From positions 768,001 to 832,000 of the forward strand of contig CAWKFG010000004.1 in NCBI GenBank assembly GCA_963848965.1: 64,000 nt of DNA. Direction: 5' to 3'. The notes under the pieces are model-generated. The model was not told the DNA's origin. It searched no databases and worked only from the letters and a program-made list of their open reading frames with translations. A program made the translations under genes and the position numbers. Positions 28,355 through 37,444 of this stretch are shown here, piece after piece. The stretch comes from an uncultured bacterium. Its GTDB lineage: Bacteria > Babelota > Babeliae > Babelales > Babelaceae. Within the stretch, counting starts at the first letter, position 1. Each line of letters opens with the position of its first letter.

Positions 28355-30112
28355 TTAAGAGATATTCCATGTTTTAAACCATAGTTCTGTAGAAAGTAAA
28401 TTTATTAATGGCCCTATATTTACTGGGCTACTATGACACCATTGATTAATATACGTATAAAGTTTATCTTTATCAATGAGATTATGTTGCACAAATTTAC
28501 CTTCAAACAAGAGCTCACATATCTGCTTATACTGAACATTAAAAGCATAGATAGTAACTGCAGTTGTATCCCCTTTATCTTTACGCCATATATTTGGTGC
28601 CTTACTTATCCTACTTATCGCATTTCTAAAAGGGAATCGGTCATGTTCCTGCTTATACAGCTGATAGGTAGGAATAGAAAGCGCAAGCTCAACAAGCGGT
28701 TGAAATAAAAATGGGTTAATTACCGATTTACCTGGTATTCTTTGTACCTTATCCACAGTAACAAGTGCATCATAGAGCGAAACTATATGAGAAAGCTTAC
28801 CTGGATATATTTTAGTATTATCGTGCAAAAAAAGCGTATCATTCTTTACTTGCTCCATAAAAGCGCTATTCATCCAATGTTCACGCTCTAAAGATGCAAG
28901 AAGATGCCTTTTATGTGAAGTATAGTAACGCATTATCTCCATACCTGTATCTTTTATAACTTGTATAAGCGACATTCGATAATAAGCTGCTATCTCAGAT
29001 ATTTTAGAGCTTATTCCTCGTGTACCGCGAATAAAAAAATAATCTGCAAGAGATTCAACAAGTGGAGGTGCAAGAAAAAGGTGGTCCCCTCCATGCCCAC
29101 TCATAAATTCACAGTTCTTCTGAGCAACTAAAGCAGCAGTATGCTTACACATTGCTTCTTCTAATAACAAAGGATGAGGCTTACTAGCTCTTAATTGAGG
29201 AAGCATACTCAATGATATATGCTCACTCAAATCTATACAATGCAGTTCTGCATCACATTCCTGAGCAACTTGAGTTGCATAGTTTCTTTCATCAGAAGAA
29301 GCTACTCGAGAGTGAAAGTAATTAAAGCACGTGATAGGTAGAGTAGGAGCTACCTGTTTGAGCAGTATAAGAAGAGCAGAAGAATCAAGACCTCCTGATA
29401 GCTCTAGTGCTATGCCTTCTGTTTCCTGTGTCCATGCCTTTATACAGCTTGAAAACGTCTCAAGTATTTGCTCCTCTAGTTCTTTCTCCTCTTTTACACC
29501 TATCTGTGTTGGATCCCAAAAAAGACCTGTTTTATACCCTTCTGCTGTTATGCTTACATAAGAGCCTGGAAATACCTCTTCTATTCCTTTAAACGGAGTT
29601 ACTGTAGTAAGAAAATCTGCTGCTACATAGGAGGTAAAGTAAGTCCAGTCAAGTACTGGCTTTTCTTCTAATGCATCATAGAGCATTGAGAGCTCTGTAG
29701 AGAACACTACTCCTTGAGCTGTCTGTGTAATAAAGAGTGGTATACCTCCTAGTGGGTCTCTATAAATTGTTATACTCTCTTCATCTAGCAGTATAACAAG
29801 ATACCTGCCCCAGTACCGCTCACTTAACCATCTACCTTGCGATTCTCTTATCTTTTCTAGCTCCCATTCTTCAAGATTTTCTTTAAGAACTGAGCTTCCC
29901 TTTTCAAAAAGTCGGCCTATAAGCATTCCAGTAGTATGGGTAAAGACCTTGAGCTTTTCGGCAGAAGATTCTTCATTTCTCACCCCACTTTGTATGATAA
30001 AGTTATAGTTTTCTACCGTTGCCCACTGCTTACAAAGCTCTTTAGTAACCGGGTTAATTGACAATGTACGAGCAGTTTTTTCCTTTAAAAAAGCCCCTAG
30101 TAATAAAGGCAT
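28355..30112 (-). CDS. Lasso cyclase C2 (asparagine synthetase-like), paralog of C1
   Basis: LELSGGLDSS, SGHGGDHLF, NPFL, WRKDKG; no N-terminal Cys. Confidence 0.92.
   Translation of the reverse strand: MPLLLGAFLKEKTARTLSINPVTKELCKQWATVENYNFIIQSGVRNEESSAEKLKVFTHTTGMLIGRLFEKGSSVLKENLEEWELEKIRESQGRWLSERYWGRYLVILLDEESITIYRDPLGGIPLFITQTAQGVVFSTELSMLYDALEEKPVLDWTYFTSYVAADFLTTVTPFKGIEEVFPGSYVSITAEGYKTGLFWDPTQIGVKEEKELEEQILETFSSCIKAWTQETEGIALELSGGLDSSALLILLKQVAPTLPITCFNYFHSRVASSDERNYATQVAQECDAELHCIDLSEHISLSMLPQLRASKPHPLLLEEAMCKHTAALVAQKNCEFMSGHGGDHLFLAPPLVESLADYFFIRGTRGISSKISEIAAYYRMSLIQVIKDTGMEIMRYYTSHKRHLLASLEREHWMNSAFMEQVKNDTLFLHDNTKIYPGKLSHIVSLYDALVTVDKVQRIPGKSVINPFLFQPLVELALSIPTYQLYKQEHDRFPFRNAISRISKAPNIWRKDKGDTTAVTIYAFNVQYKQICELLFEGKFVQHNLIDKDKLYTYINQWCHSSPVNIGPLINLLSTELWFKTWNIS
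29345..29860 (-). repeat. Inverted copy of 25976-26494
   Basis: Reverse complement matches the C1 block. Confidence 0.9.
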
Positions 30113-30155
30113 ACTCTCGATCTTTCCTATACAAATGTATGGCGCTCATTCTTCA

Positions 30156-31586
30156 CTACAGTAAGTTATATCTTACAAGAGCAAGATCAAACCACTTACC
30201 ATTAAAAGAGTCACCCGCAACTATCACTTTTCCATTCTCTTGCAGTGCTATAGCAAAACTTCTATCATCACCCCCTCTTAAGGAGGTAACCAGTATGCCA
30301 TCGTTGGAAGTACCAAAAGTAGTATCCAGCATCCCTTCAGATGTATAGCGCACAAGGGTAAACTTTTTATGCTTATCCCACTGCACTACCCCGGTAATGA
30401 GTATTTTACCATCTTTTTGTAATACTACACTTTTAGCAAAAGCATTATCAGTACCTAATGGAGTTAAAACTATACCAGTACGACTTTTTCCAAATGTAGT
30501 ATCGGGTGACCCATCTACATTGTACCTCACAAGAAGAAATTCCGCTTTCTGGCTAGTTGTGTTTTTTGCAGAACCTATGGCAAGAATTTTGCCATCTGGC
30601 TGTATTATAACGTCTACAAAAAAATTACATTCTCTACTTGCGGATGTTATGACCATTCCACTTTTATCAGGAGCAAAAGAAGTATCAAGATTTCCATGAG
30701 AATCATATTGTACAATCGCACAATCTGAACTTGCTGACGCAGCCAGAGCAAGATCCCCAAATGAGGTACAATCATCGCTTAACCCTACAACTACGATCTT
30801 CCCACCTTGTTGTAAAGCTGCTGCTAGAGCCTCATCATCTTCCTTACCTATAACTCTGGGCTTAGGTCTCTTGTTTACCTGCAAGATAGTCTTTACATGC
30901 CCCTTTGTTCCAAAAGATATATCAGGAGTTCCATCACTATTATAGCGACTTACAAAGAAGCTACAGTTTATAGCATCCAATGACTCTGGACCTTTATTAA
31001 GGCCTTGGTTTCCTACAGCAATAATTTTTCCATCGTCTTGTAGCACAACTTTAAAATAGTTAGACCAGCTCTTTCCTAGTTTTTCTTTTATTACTCCACC
31101 GCAGCCAAAGGAGCTATCTAAGTTTCCATTTGGATGTAATCTCAAAAGGCCTGCATTACCAAAACCATCATCTCGGTCAAATATTCTTATTACTGCAATA
31201 ATTTTACCATCTTTTTGTACAAGACAATCAATACCAAAAAGCTGAGTATTACTTTGACCAAGAGTTATCAACATTTTACCTCCTAAACCAAAAGAGGTAT
31301 CTAGAGTCCCATTACTATTATAGCGCGCTAAAGCACAAGCAACCCCAGTTGGTTTATTAGTAAAATCCTTATAGGCATCCCCTATTACAAGTATTTTGCC
31401 ATCTTGCTGCACTCTTACATGAATTGAAGGTACTATTTTGTTCACAGTTCCTGAATTCATACCAAAACTGGTCGTAACGATTCCATTATCACCAAAGGTT
31501 TTATCTAAAAGACTCTTAGTTTCCTCCATAGCCTTTATGTATAATGAAATAAAGAGAGAAAGTACAAAAAGCTGTCGTATATTCAT
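30156..31586 (-). CDS. Secreted delta-60 repeat (beta-propeller) protein
   Basis: Repeated Q.DGKI.V.G and RY..DG.LDTSFG..G units; signal peptide. Confidence 0.88.
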   Translation of the reverse strand: MNIRQLFVLSLFISLYIKAMEETKSLLDKTFGDNGIVTTSFGMNSGTVNKIVPSIHVRVQQDGKILVIGDAYKDFTNKPTGVACALARYNSNGTLDTSFGLGGKMLITLGQSNTQLFGIDCLVQKDGKIIAVIRIFDRDDGFGNAGLLRLHPNGNLDSSFGCGGVIKEKLGKSWSNYFKVVLQDDGKIIAVGNQGLNKGPESLDAINCSFFVSRYNSDGTPDISFGTKGHVKTILQVNKRPKPRVIGKEDDEALAAALQQGGKIVVVGLSDDCTSFGDLALAASASSDCAIVQYDSHGNLDTSFAPDKSGMVITSASRECNFFVDVIIQPDGKILAIGSAKNTTSQKAEFLLVRYNVDGSPDTTFGKSRTGIVLTPLGTDNAFAKSVVLQKDGKILITGVVQWDKHKKFTLVRYTSEGMLDTTFGTSNDGILVTSLRGGDDRSFAIALQENGKVIVAGDSFNGKWFDLALVRYNLL

Positions 31587-31708
31587 AAAAGCTCCTGAGG
31601 AATAGATACGAGTTTTATAAGCAGCTTACTTGAGTTAACTTAACTTTTCAAGGCTGCTAATATGAATAAATACTTTCTCTAAAACTATCTCCAAGACTTT
31701 AGAATTAT

Positions 31709-31858
31709 TCAAAGGTCAGGGTTATAATATTGCTTAAATTGAGGAAAAGTAGCTTTTACCAAAGTAGTTTTTCCCCATTGTCGTGGCCCTAAAATAACAA
31801 CAACCGGAAATTACAAACTATCTTAAATAAGTGCTTTTGAAAGTTCTCTTTTAATCAT
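31709..31858 (-). pseudogene. Remnant of an AAA_14-like P-loop ATPase
   Basis: Hand translation MIKRELSKALI*DSL*FPVVVILGPRQWGKTTLVKATF... with two in-frame stops and early truncation. Confidence 0.75.
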
Positions 31859-31979
31859 AGTGCACCCTAAAATACTTGACAGATTCAGCCATCGAGTACC
31901 TAATTTGTCAAGCTTTTTACCTCCTTTTTAACATTAAAGCAACCCAGATACCAAAAATAATAACCTAGCAGACCTTTAC

Positions 31980-32008
31980 TTGACTTAGCTAAGAAAGTGA
32001 ATTATAAT
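31980..32008 (+). promoter_or_regulatory. Sigma70 promoter of the arg operon
   Basis: TTGACT-N17-TATAAT. Confidence 0.8.
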
Positions 32009-32035
32009 TAATTTTAAATTGAATAATTATTCAAT
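31996..32035. promoter_or_regulatory. Tandem ARG boxes (ArgR operator)
   Basis: Perfect 18-bp palindrome ATTGAATAATTATTCAAT (32018-32035) plus AGTGAATTATAATTAATT (31996-32013) over the -10; a weaker box at about 32107-32124. Confidence 0.8.
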
Positions 32036-32136
32036 AGCGATTGGCTAGAAACCAGAGAAAATTATAGCGCTGAAAACAAAATTACAAAAATCGGCCTGCT
32101 AGCAAAAATGAATAAAAATACTTAAGGAGTATATAC

Positions 32137-32613
32137 ATGAATAAGTTAAGCAAAGTTAATGAACGGCAAAAAGCGATCCAAGAACTTATTAAAGCTTACC
32201 CCATTGAAAATCAGGTACAGCTAGTACAATTACTCAAAGAAAATTATGGTATTGAAACAAATCAATCAATTGTATCAAGAGATCTGAGAGACCTTGAAGT
32301 AACAAAGCAAAAGTTCAAAGATACAATGATCTATGAGCTTAAAGAAGTAAATATAGACAAGGAAATTTTACGGTTGGGCATCATAGATATTACGCATAAT
32401 GAAACACTCATTGCTGTCCATACGTTGGCTGGACTTGCTCCCTTTGTAGGAGACTTTCTTGATAAGCATAAAGATATAGGAATCCTTGCAACTCTTGCAG
32501 GAGAAAACGTTGTCTTTGTTGCTCCTCAATCAATTAAAACTATCAAAGAGACATTCACCCAACTATGCCAGCTCGCTTACTTTAAACACCCAGAACAGAA
32601 AGATAAATCATGA
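32137..32613 (+). CDS. argR: Arginine repressor
   Basis: RQKAIQELI, Q..LV..L, QSIVSRDLRDL, T.AG.A, TLAGEN. Confidence 0.92.
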   Translation: MNKLSKVNERQKAIQELIKAYPIENQVQLVQLLKENYGIETNQSIVSRDLRDLEVTKQKFKDTMIYELKEVNIDKEILRLGIIDITHNETLIAVHTLAGLAPFVGDFLDKHKDIGILATLAGENVVFVAPQSIKTIKETFTQLCQLAYFKHPEQKDKS

Positions 32614-33365
32614 AAAAAAATCTCTTATTATTTGGAACTATCACTTTAGGAGCCCTTATCCTAACGTATTTCTATACAGGTAACACAAAAAGTATCACTA
32701 CAGATGAACTTATTGTAGGGACTAATCCTCATTTTCCTCCCTTTGAATATATAAAAAATGGTGAGATTGTGGGCTTTGACATTGAACTTATTAAAGAGAT
32801 AGCAAAACGCATGGGCAAAAAGCTTATTTTGAAAGATATTGCCTTTGATTCTTTACTTTTAGAAGCACAATCAGGAAGAATTCATATGATTGCCGCTGCA
32901 ATGACGCCAACACCAGAACGAGCAAAACAGGTTATTTTTACAAAACTCTATCTTGCTCAAGACCCACTTGAAGTTATTACACTTGCTGGACAACCACAAC
33001 CAAAAACGCTTGTCGATCTCAAAGGAAAAGAGGTAGTTGTCAATGACGGCTTTACAGCAGAAAGCTTTATGGCAAAGCAACCAGGCGTTATACTCAAGCG
33101 ATTACAATTTCCTGCTGAAGCTTTTCTTGCACTCCTCAACGGCCGAGCTTATGCATATGTTTCAGCACGAAATGCTGTACAGCCCTTTTTTGATCAGCAT
33201 GGTTCTGAAAAGTTTAATCGGTTAACTCTTCCTGTCTTTGATAGCTGTGCTTTTGCTATTTCAAAGAAGCATCCAGAACTTCTTGAGCCTATTCAAAAAG
33301 CTCTTAATGAACTTGAAAACAATGGCTTTTTAGAAAGTCTCAAAAAGAAATGGCATTTACTATAA
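32610..33365 (+). CDS. Polar amino acid ABC transporter substrate-binding protein
   Basis: FPPFEY, GFDIEL, T.ERAKQVIFT, LKKKW. Confidence 0.92.
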   Translation: MKKNLLLFGTITLGALILTYFYTGNTKSITTDELIVGTNPHFPPFEYIKNGEIVGFDIELIKEIAKRMGKKLILKDIAFDSLLLEAQSGRIHMIAAAMTPTPERAKQVIFTKLYLAQDPLEVITLAGQPQPKTLVDLKGKEVVVNDGFTAESFMAKQPGVILKRLQFPAEAFLALLNGRAYAYVSARNAVQPFFDQHGSEKFNRLTLPVFDSCAFAISKKHPELLEPIQKALNELENNGFLESLKKKWHLL

Positions 33366-33374
33366 GGACCTCCT

Positions 33375-34592
33375 ATGAAAGAAAAAGTAATCTTAGCTTA
33401 TAGTGGTGGCTTAGACACCTCAGTTATTTTAGCATGGCTCTGTAATAAGAAGTACGACGTTATCTGCTTTATAGCACATGTAGGCCAACAAGAAGACTTT
33501 GAAGAGATAAAGCAGAAAGCTCTCTCAATTGGTGCTCAAAAAGTTTATATAGAAGACCTGCAACAAGAATTTGTAGAAAGTTATATTTTTCAAGCGCTTA
33601 AAGCACAAGCTGTATATGAAGGAACATATCTATTGGGCACAGCGTTAGCACGCCCTTTAATCGCTCAAAAGCAAGTAGAAATTGCTCTTAAAGAGCAGTG
33701 TTCTTTCCTTGCACATGGCGCTACAGGCAAAGGAAACGATCAAATCCGGTTTGAGCTTACCTATCTCTCTCTTATGCCTCATGCACAGATCATCAGTCCA
33801 TGGAAGGATCCTGAATTTTTAGCGCAGTTTCAAGGACGATCAGATCTTATTGCTTATGCACAAAAGCATGGTATCCCAATTACATCAACATTAGAAAAGC
33901 CCTATAGCATTGATGCAAATCTTATGCATATAAGCTATGAAGGTGGTATGCTTGAAGATCCATCATATTCTCCTGCTAACTCTATTTTTCAATGGACTAC
34001 ATCGCTTTGTGATACTCCTGATAACAAAACAAGCATTGCTATCGAATTTACAGGAGGTATTCCGACAGCAGTAACTCATGGCGACAAATATATTACAGGA
34101 TCTCTTGAGTTATTTAAGTACCTTAATCATATAGGAGCACTCCATGGCATTGGTCGAATTGATATAGTAGAAAATCGTACTGTAGGCATGAAATCACGAG
34201 GTATCTATGAAGCTCCTGCAGGAACAATACTGTTTAAAGCTCATCGAGATTTAGAAACACTTGTACTTGACCGAGAAGTACTCCATTTGAAAGATATGCT
34301 TATGCCAAAAATTGCTCAACTTATCTACAATGGTTTTTGGTTTAGCCCTGAGATGGAATTTCTTATGGCTGCTATTAATAAAAGCCAAGAGCACCTTTGT
34401 GGTACTGTCTATATAGAGCTGTATAAAGGAAATGTTATCATCGCTGGGCGAGAATCAGCATATTCACTTTATAATAAAGATATTGCAAGTATGGATACCT
34501 GTGGAGCCTATAATCCTCTTGATGCTCAAGGGTTTATTACTATACAAAGTCTTCGTCTAAAAATAGCACAAGCTTTAAAGAAAGGTACATGA
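33375..34592 (+). CDS. argG: Argininosuccinate synthase
   Basis: LAYSGGLDTS, LLGTALARP, HGATGKGNDQ.RFE, KSRGIYEAP. Confidence 0.97.
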   Translation: MKEKVILAYSGGLDTSVILAWLCNKKYDVICFIAHVGQQEDFEEIKQKALSIGAQKVYIEDLQQEFVESYIFQALKAQAVYEGTYLLGTALARPLIAQKQVEIALKEQCSFLAHGATGKGNDQIRFELTYLSLMPHAQIISPWKDPEFLAQFQGRSDLIAYAQKHGIPITSTLEKPYSIDANLMHISYEGGMLEDPSYSPANSIFQWTTSLCDTPDNKTSIAIEFTGGIPTAVTHGDKYITGSLELFKYLNHIGALHGIGRIDIVENRTVGMKSRGIYEAPAGTILFKAHRDLETLVLDREVLHLKDMLMPKIAQLIYNGFWFSPEMEFLMAAINKSQEHLCGTVYIELYKGNVIIAGRESAYSLYNKDIASMDTCGAYNPLDAQGFITIQSLRLKIAQALKKGT

Positions 34593-35947
34593 TGGCAAAA
34601 TTATGGGACAAAGGCTACGAGCTTGATAAACTTATTGAACGATTTACAGTAGGCAATGATTTTCTACTTGACGCAGAGCTCATATATTATGATTCTGTAG
34701 GAAGTATTGCTCATGCACATATGCTTGCACATATAGGAATACTAACACAAAATGAGTTTACTAAGCTTAAAGAAGCACTCAATGAGATTATTTCTCTTGC
34801 AAGCCAGGGTACATTTTTTATCAGTGCAGAGGATGAAGATGTACATACTGCAATCGAAAACAAGCTGATAGCATCTTTAGGAGATCTAGGAAAAAAGATC
34901 CATACAGCTCGATCACGTAACGATCAAGTTATGCTCGATCTTAGACTCTATATGCGAGACAGCTTATTTACTGTAGTAAATGATGCGCTCACTCTGTGTA
35001 ATAAGCTTACGAAAGCTGCAGAGCTTTATAAAGATGTTCCGATACCAGGCAGAACTCATTTTCAACATGCTATGCCTTCTTCACTGGGACTCTTCTTTGG
35101 AGCTTATGCAGAATCATTGCTTGATGATATAGCTTTGTTACAAAGCTCTTATACCATTATAAATCAATCTCCCTTAGGCTCTGCTGCTAGCTACGGAGTT
35201 ATACTGCCTATTGACCGGCAGCATGTAGCAACTCTTTTGGGATTTGATCGAGTGCAAAACAATGTACTTTATGCTAACAATAGCCGAGGAAAAATTGAAA
35301 GTATTGTCCTCAGCGCTCTAGTACAAATAATGGTTGATCTGAGCAAATTGTGTACCGATCTTATCATATTTAGTGCACCAGAATTTGGCTACTTACAAAT
35401 ACCACAAGAGCTCTGCTCGGGAAGTAGTTTAATGCCACAAAAGCGTAATCCTTGTGGATTAGAGCTAGTACGAGCAAAATCTGCAACTGTAATGAGCTAT
35501 CTCATGCAAACATTAACTATCATACGAGGATTACCATCAGGATATAATCGTGATTTTCAGGAGACTAAGCAGTCATTGATTGACAGCTTTTCTATAACGA
35601 GTGATTCGTTGCATATTTGTAGTCATACAATAGCACATCTTGAGATTAATAGCCAAGCGTGTAAAACTGCATTTTCGACCGAGCTTTTTGCAACTGATTA
35701 TGCATTACAGCTTGTTCAAGCAGGCTCTCCATTTCGAGATGCATATAAACAGATAGCACATAATCCAGATACAATCCCTTGGCAAGATCCAGTAGAAAAT
35801 ATTAAGGCAAAAGTGCATCAAGGAGCTTCTGGTAATCTAGGCCTTGAACTTATTAAAGAGCAATGTGCTCAGTATGTTTCATGGGCTCAAAATACACAGC
35901 ATGTATATAAAACTTGTATCAACGCTTTACTTACAGAGGATAAATAA
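34589..35947 (+). CDS. argH: Argininosuccinate lyase
   Basis: EDVH, HTARSRNDQV, GRTHFQ.A, GSSLMPQKRNP, YNRDFQE, PFR.AY. Confidence 0.96.
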   Translation: MMAKLWDKGYELDKLIERFTVGNDFLLDAELIYYDSVGSIAHAHMLAHIGILTQNEFTKLKEALNEIISLASQGTFFISAEDEDVHTAIENKLIASLGDLGKKIHTARSRNDQVMLDLRLYMRDSLFTVVNDALTLCNKLTKAAELYKDVPIPGRTHFQHAMPSSLGLFFGAYAESLLDDIALLQSSYTIINQSPLGSAASYGVILPIDRQHVATLLGFDRVQNNVLYANNSRGKIESIVLSALVQIMVDLSKLCTDLIIFSAPEFGYLQIPQELCSGSSLMPQKRNPCGLELVRAKSATVMSYLMQTLTIIRGLPSGYNRDFQETKQSLIDSFSITSDSLHICSHTIAHLEINSQACKTAFSTELFATDYALQLVQAGSPFRDAYKQIAHNPDTIPWQDPVENIKAKVHQGASGNLGLELIKEQCAQYVSWAQNTQHVYKTCINALLTEDK

Positions 35948-36609
35948 TGATTAATCTAGATTTAATGCTCCAGTCGCTTCCTCAACTTATGAAAGGAGCA
36001 TGGATAACAATTGAAATAGCAGGTATCTCTTGGTTCTTTGGATTTGCTCTAGGAACTATCTTAGGATTCTTACAAGCAAGAAAAATGCCCTTTCTGCAAA
36101 AAGCAATTTCTGCATACGTTACTCTTATACGAGGAACTCCTTTACTTATCCAGATAACTTTTTTCTACTATGTATTGCCCGTATTTGGTAGTACTCTTTC
36201 CAGCTTTTGGACGGCAGTTATCGCACTCGGTATTAATAGCAGTGCTTATATTAGTCAAATTATTAAATCTGGTATTACTGCCGTAGGCAATGAGCAGGTA
36301 GAAGCAGCATATGTACTCGGCTTTACGCCATTTCAGATAGCACGATATATAGTTATACCTCAAGCAGTACGTATTACTCTTCCAGCTTTAGCAGGAGAGT
36401 GCATAACTTTAATGAAAGATTCAAGTCTTGCATCTACGCTCGGAGTTATGGAGCTTTATAAAGAGGTGCGAATTATCATGAATCAGACATACGATGTTAT
36501 AACGCTCTTTTTCCTCGCTGCCCTCTTTTATCTAGCTATGACTTCATTTATATCCTTTTTATTTTACCTTTTAGAACGAAAGATGAACTGGTATGTTAAA
36601 TATTCATAA
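35947..36609 (+). CDS. Polar amino acid ABC transporter permease
   Basis: IRGTPLLIQ, SSAY, EAA..LG, PQA, KDSSL. Confidence 0.93.
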   Translation: MINLDLMLQSLPQLMKGAWITIEIAGISWFFGFALGTILGFLQARKMPFLQKAISAYVTLIRGTPLLIQITFFYYVLPVFGSTLSSFWTAVIALGINSSAYISQIIKSGITAVGNEQVEAAYVLGFTPFQIARYIVIPQAVRITLPALAGECITLMKDSSLASTLGVMELYKEVRIIMNQTYDVITLFFLAALFYLAMTSFISFLFYLLERKMNWYVKYS

Positions 36610-37306
36610 TATAAGTAAAACATTTAATGGTAAAAAGATCTTCACTGATCTTTCTCTTACAGTAGGCCCTGGACAAATTGCTCTTCTGTTAGGAAGTTCT
36701 GGTGTTGGTAAATCTACTTTACTACGAATACTGAGCAACTTAGAGACTCCAGATACTGGAACTATACTTCTTGATGGCAAACCACTTAAAGATTACCCGC
36801 CCTATACTGTAGGTATGGTTTTTCAACATTTTAATCTTTTTAAGCATCTATCAGTTGAGCACAATATAACTCTTGCTCTTGAAAAAATCTTTGGTTGGGA
36901 TTCTGCCAAAGCTCATGAGCATGCTTATAAACTCCTCGAACAATACAACATAGAAGATAAAGCGTCTCAACCTATTACAAGTCTTTCTGGTGGGCAAAAA
37001 CAACGTCTTGCTATAGCTCGGGCATTAGCTTTAAACCCACGAATTGTATGTATGGACGAACCTACTTCTGCACTTGATCCTCGGCTTACACACTCTATAG
37101 CACAAGAGATTCAGAATCTTGCCCAAAAAGGCCATATAGTTATAGTTTCAACACACGATATGAACCTTGTTTCTCATTTAGATTGCACTATTTATCTTAT
37201 CGATCAAGGGCACATTATTGAAACTGCTTCCTCAAAAGAACTTCAAACTGAAGCTCACGGATTTAAACATATTAGTACTTTTATAAAGGGAACATCATCT
37301 TTATAA
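36593..37306 (+). CDS. Polar amino acid ABC transporter ATPase
   Basis: GSSGVGKST, MVFQHFNLF, LSGGQKQR, DEPTSALDP. Confidence 0.93.
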   Translation: MLNIHNISKTFNGKKIFTDLSLTVGPGQIALLLGSSGVGKSTLLRILSNLETPDTGTILLDGKPLKDYPPYTVGMVFQHFNLFKHLSVEHNITLALEKIFGWDSAKAHEHAYKLLEQYNIEDKASQPITSLSGGQKQRLAIARALALNPRIVCMDEPTSALDPRLTHSIAQEIQNLAQKGHIVIVSTHDMNLVSHLDCTIYLIDQGHIIETASSKELQTEAHGFKHISTFIKGTSSL

Positions 37307-37444
37307 GACAATGAACAACACGATGCTCTCGTTATACTGTAGCATAGCAAAGTACACCTAAATTTATTGACTACTTTTGAATATTTAATTTATTATGGTA
37401 TAATAACAGGTATAAAATAAGATTAATTAATTATTCTTTTAGAA

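Noticed and set aside
26247..29592. Paired small ORFs 26247/29407, 26278/29331 and 27143/28433
   Set aside because: Antisense shadows of the duplicated cyclase DNA.
25706..30112. Two asparagine synthetases (asnB)
   Set aside because: No N-terminal catalytic Cys, and the B protein and precursors point to lasso cyclases.
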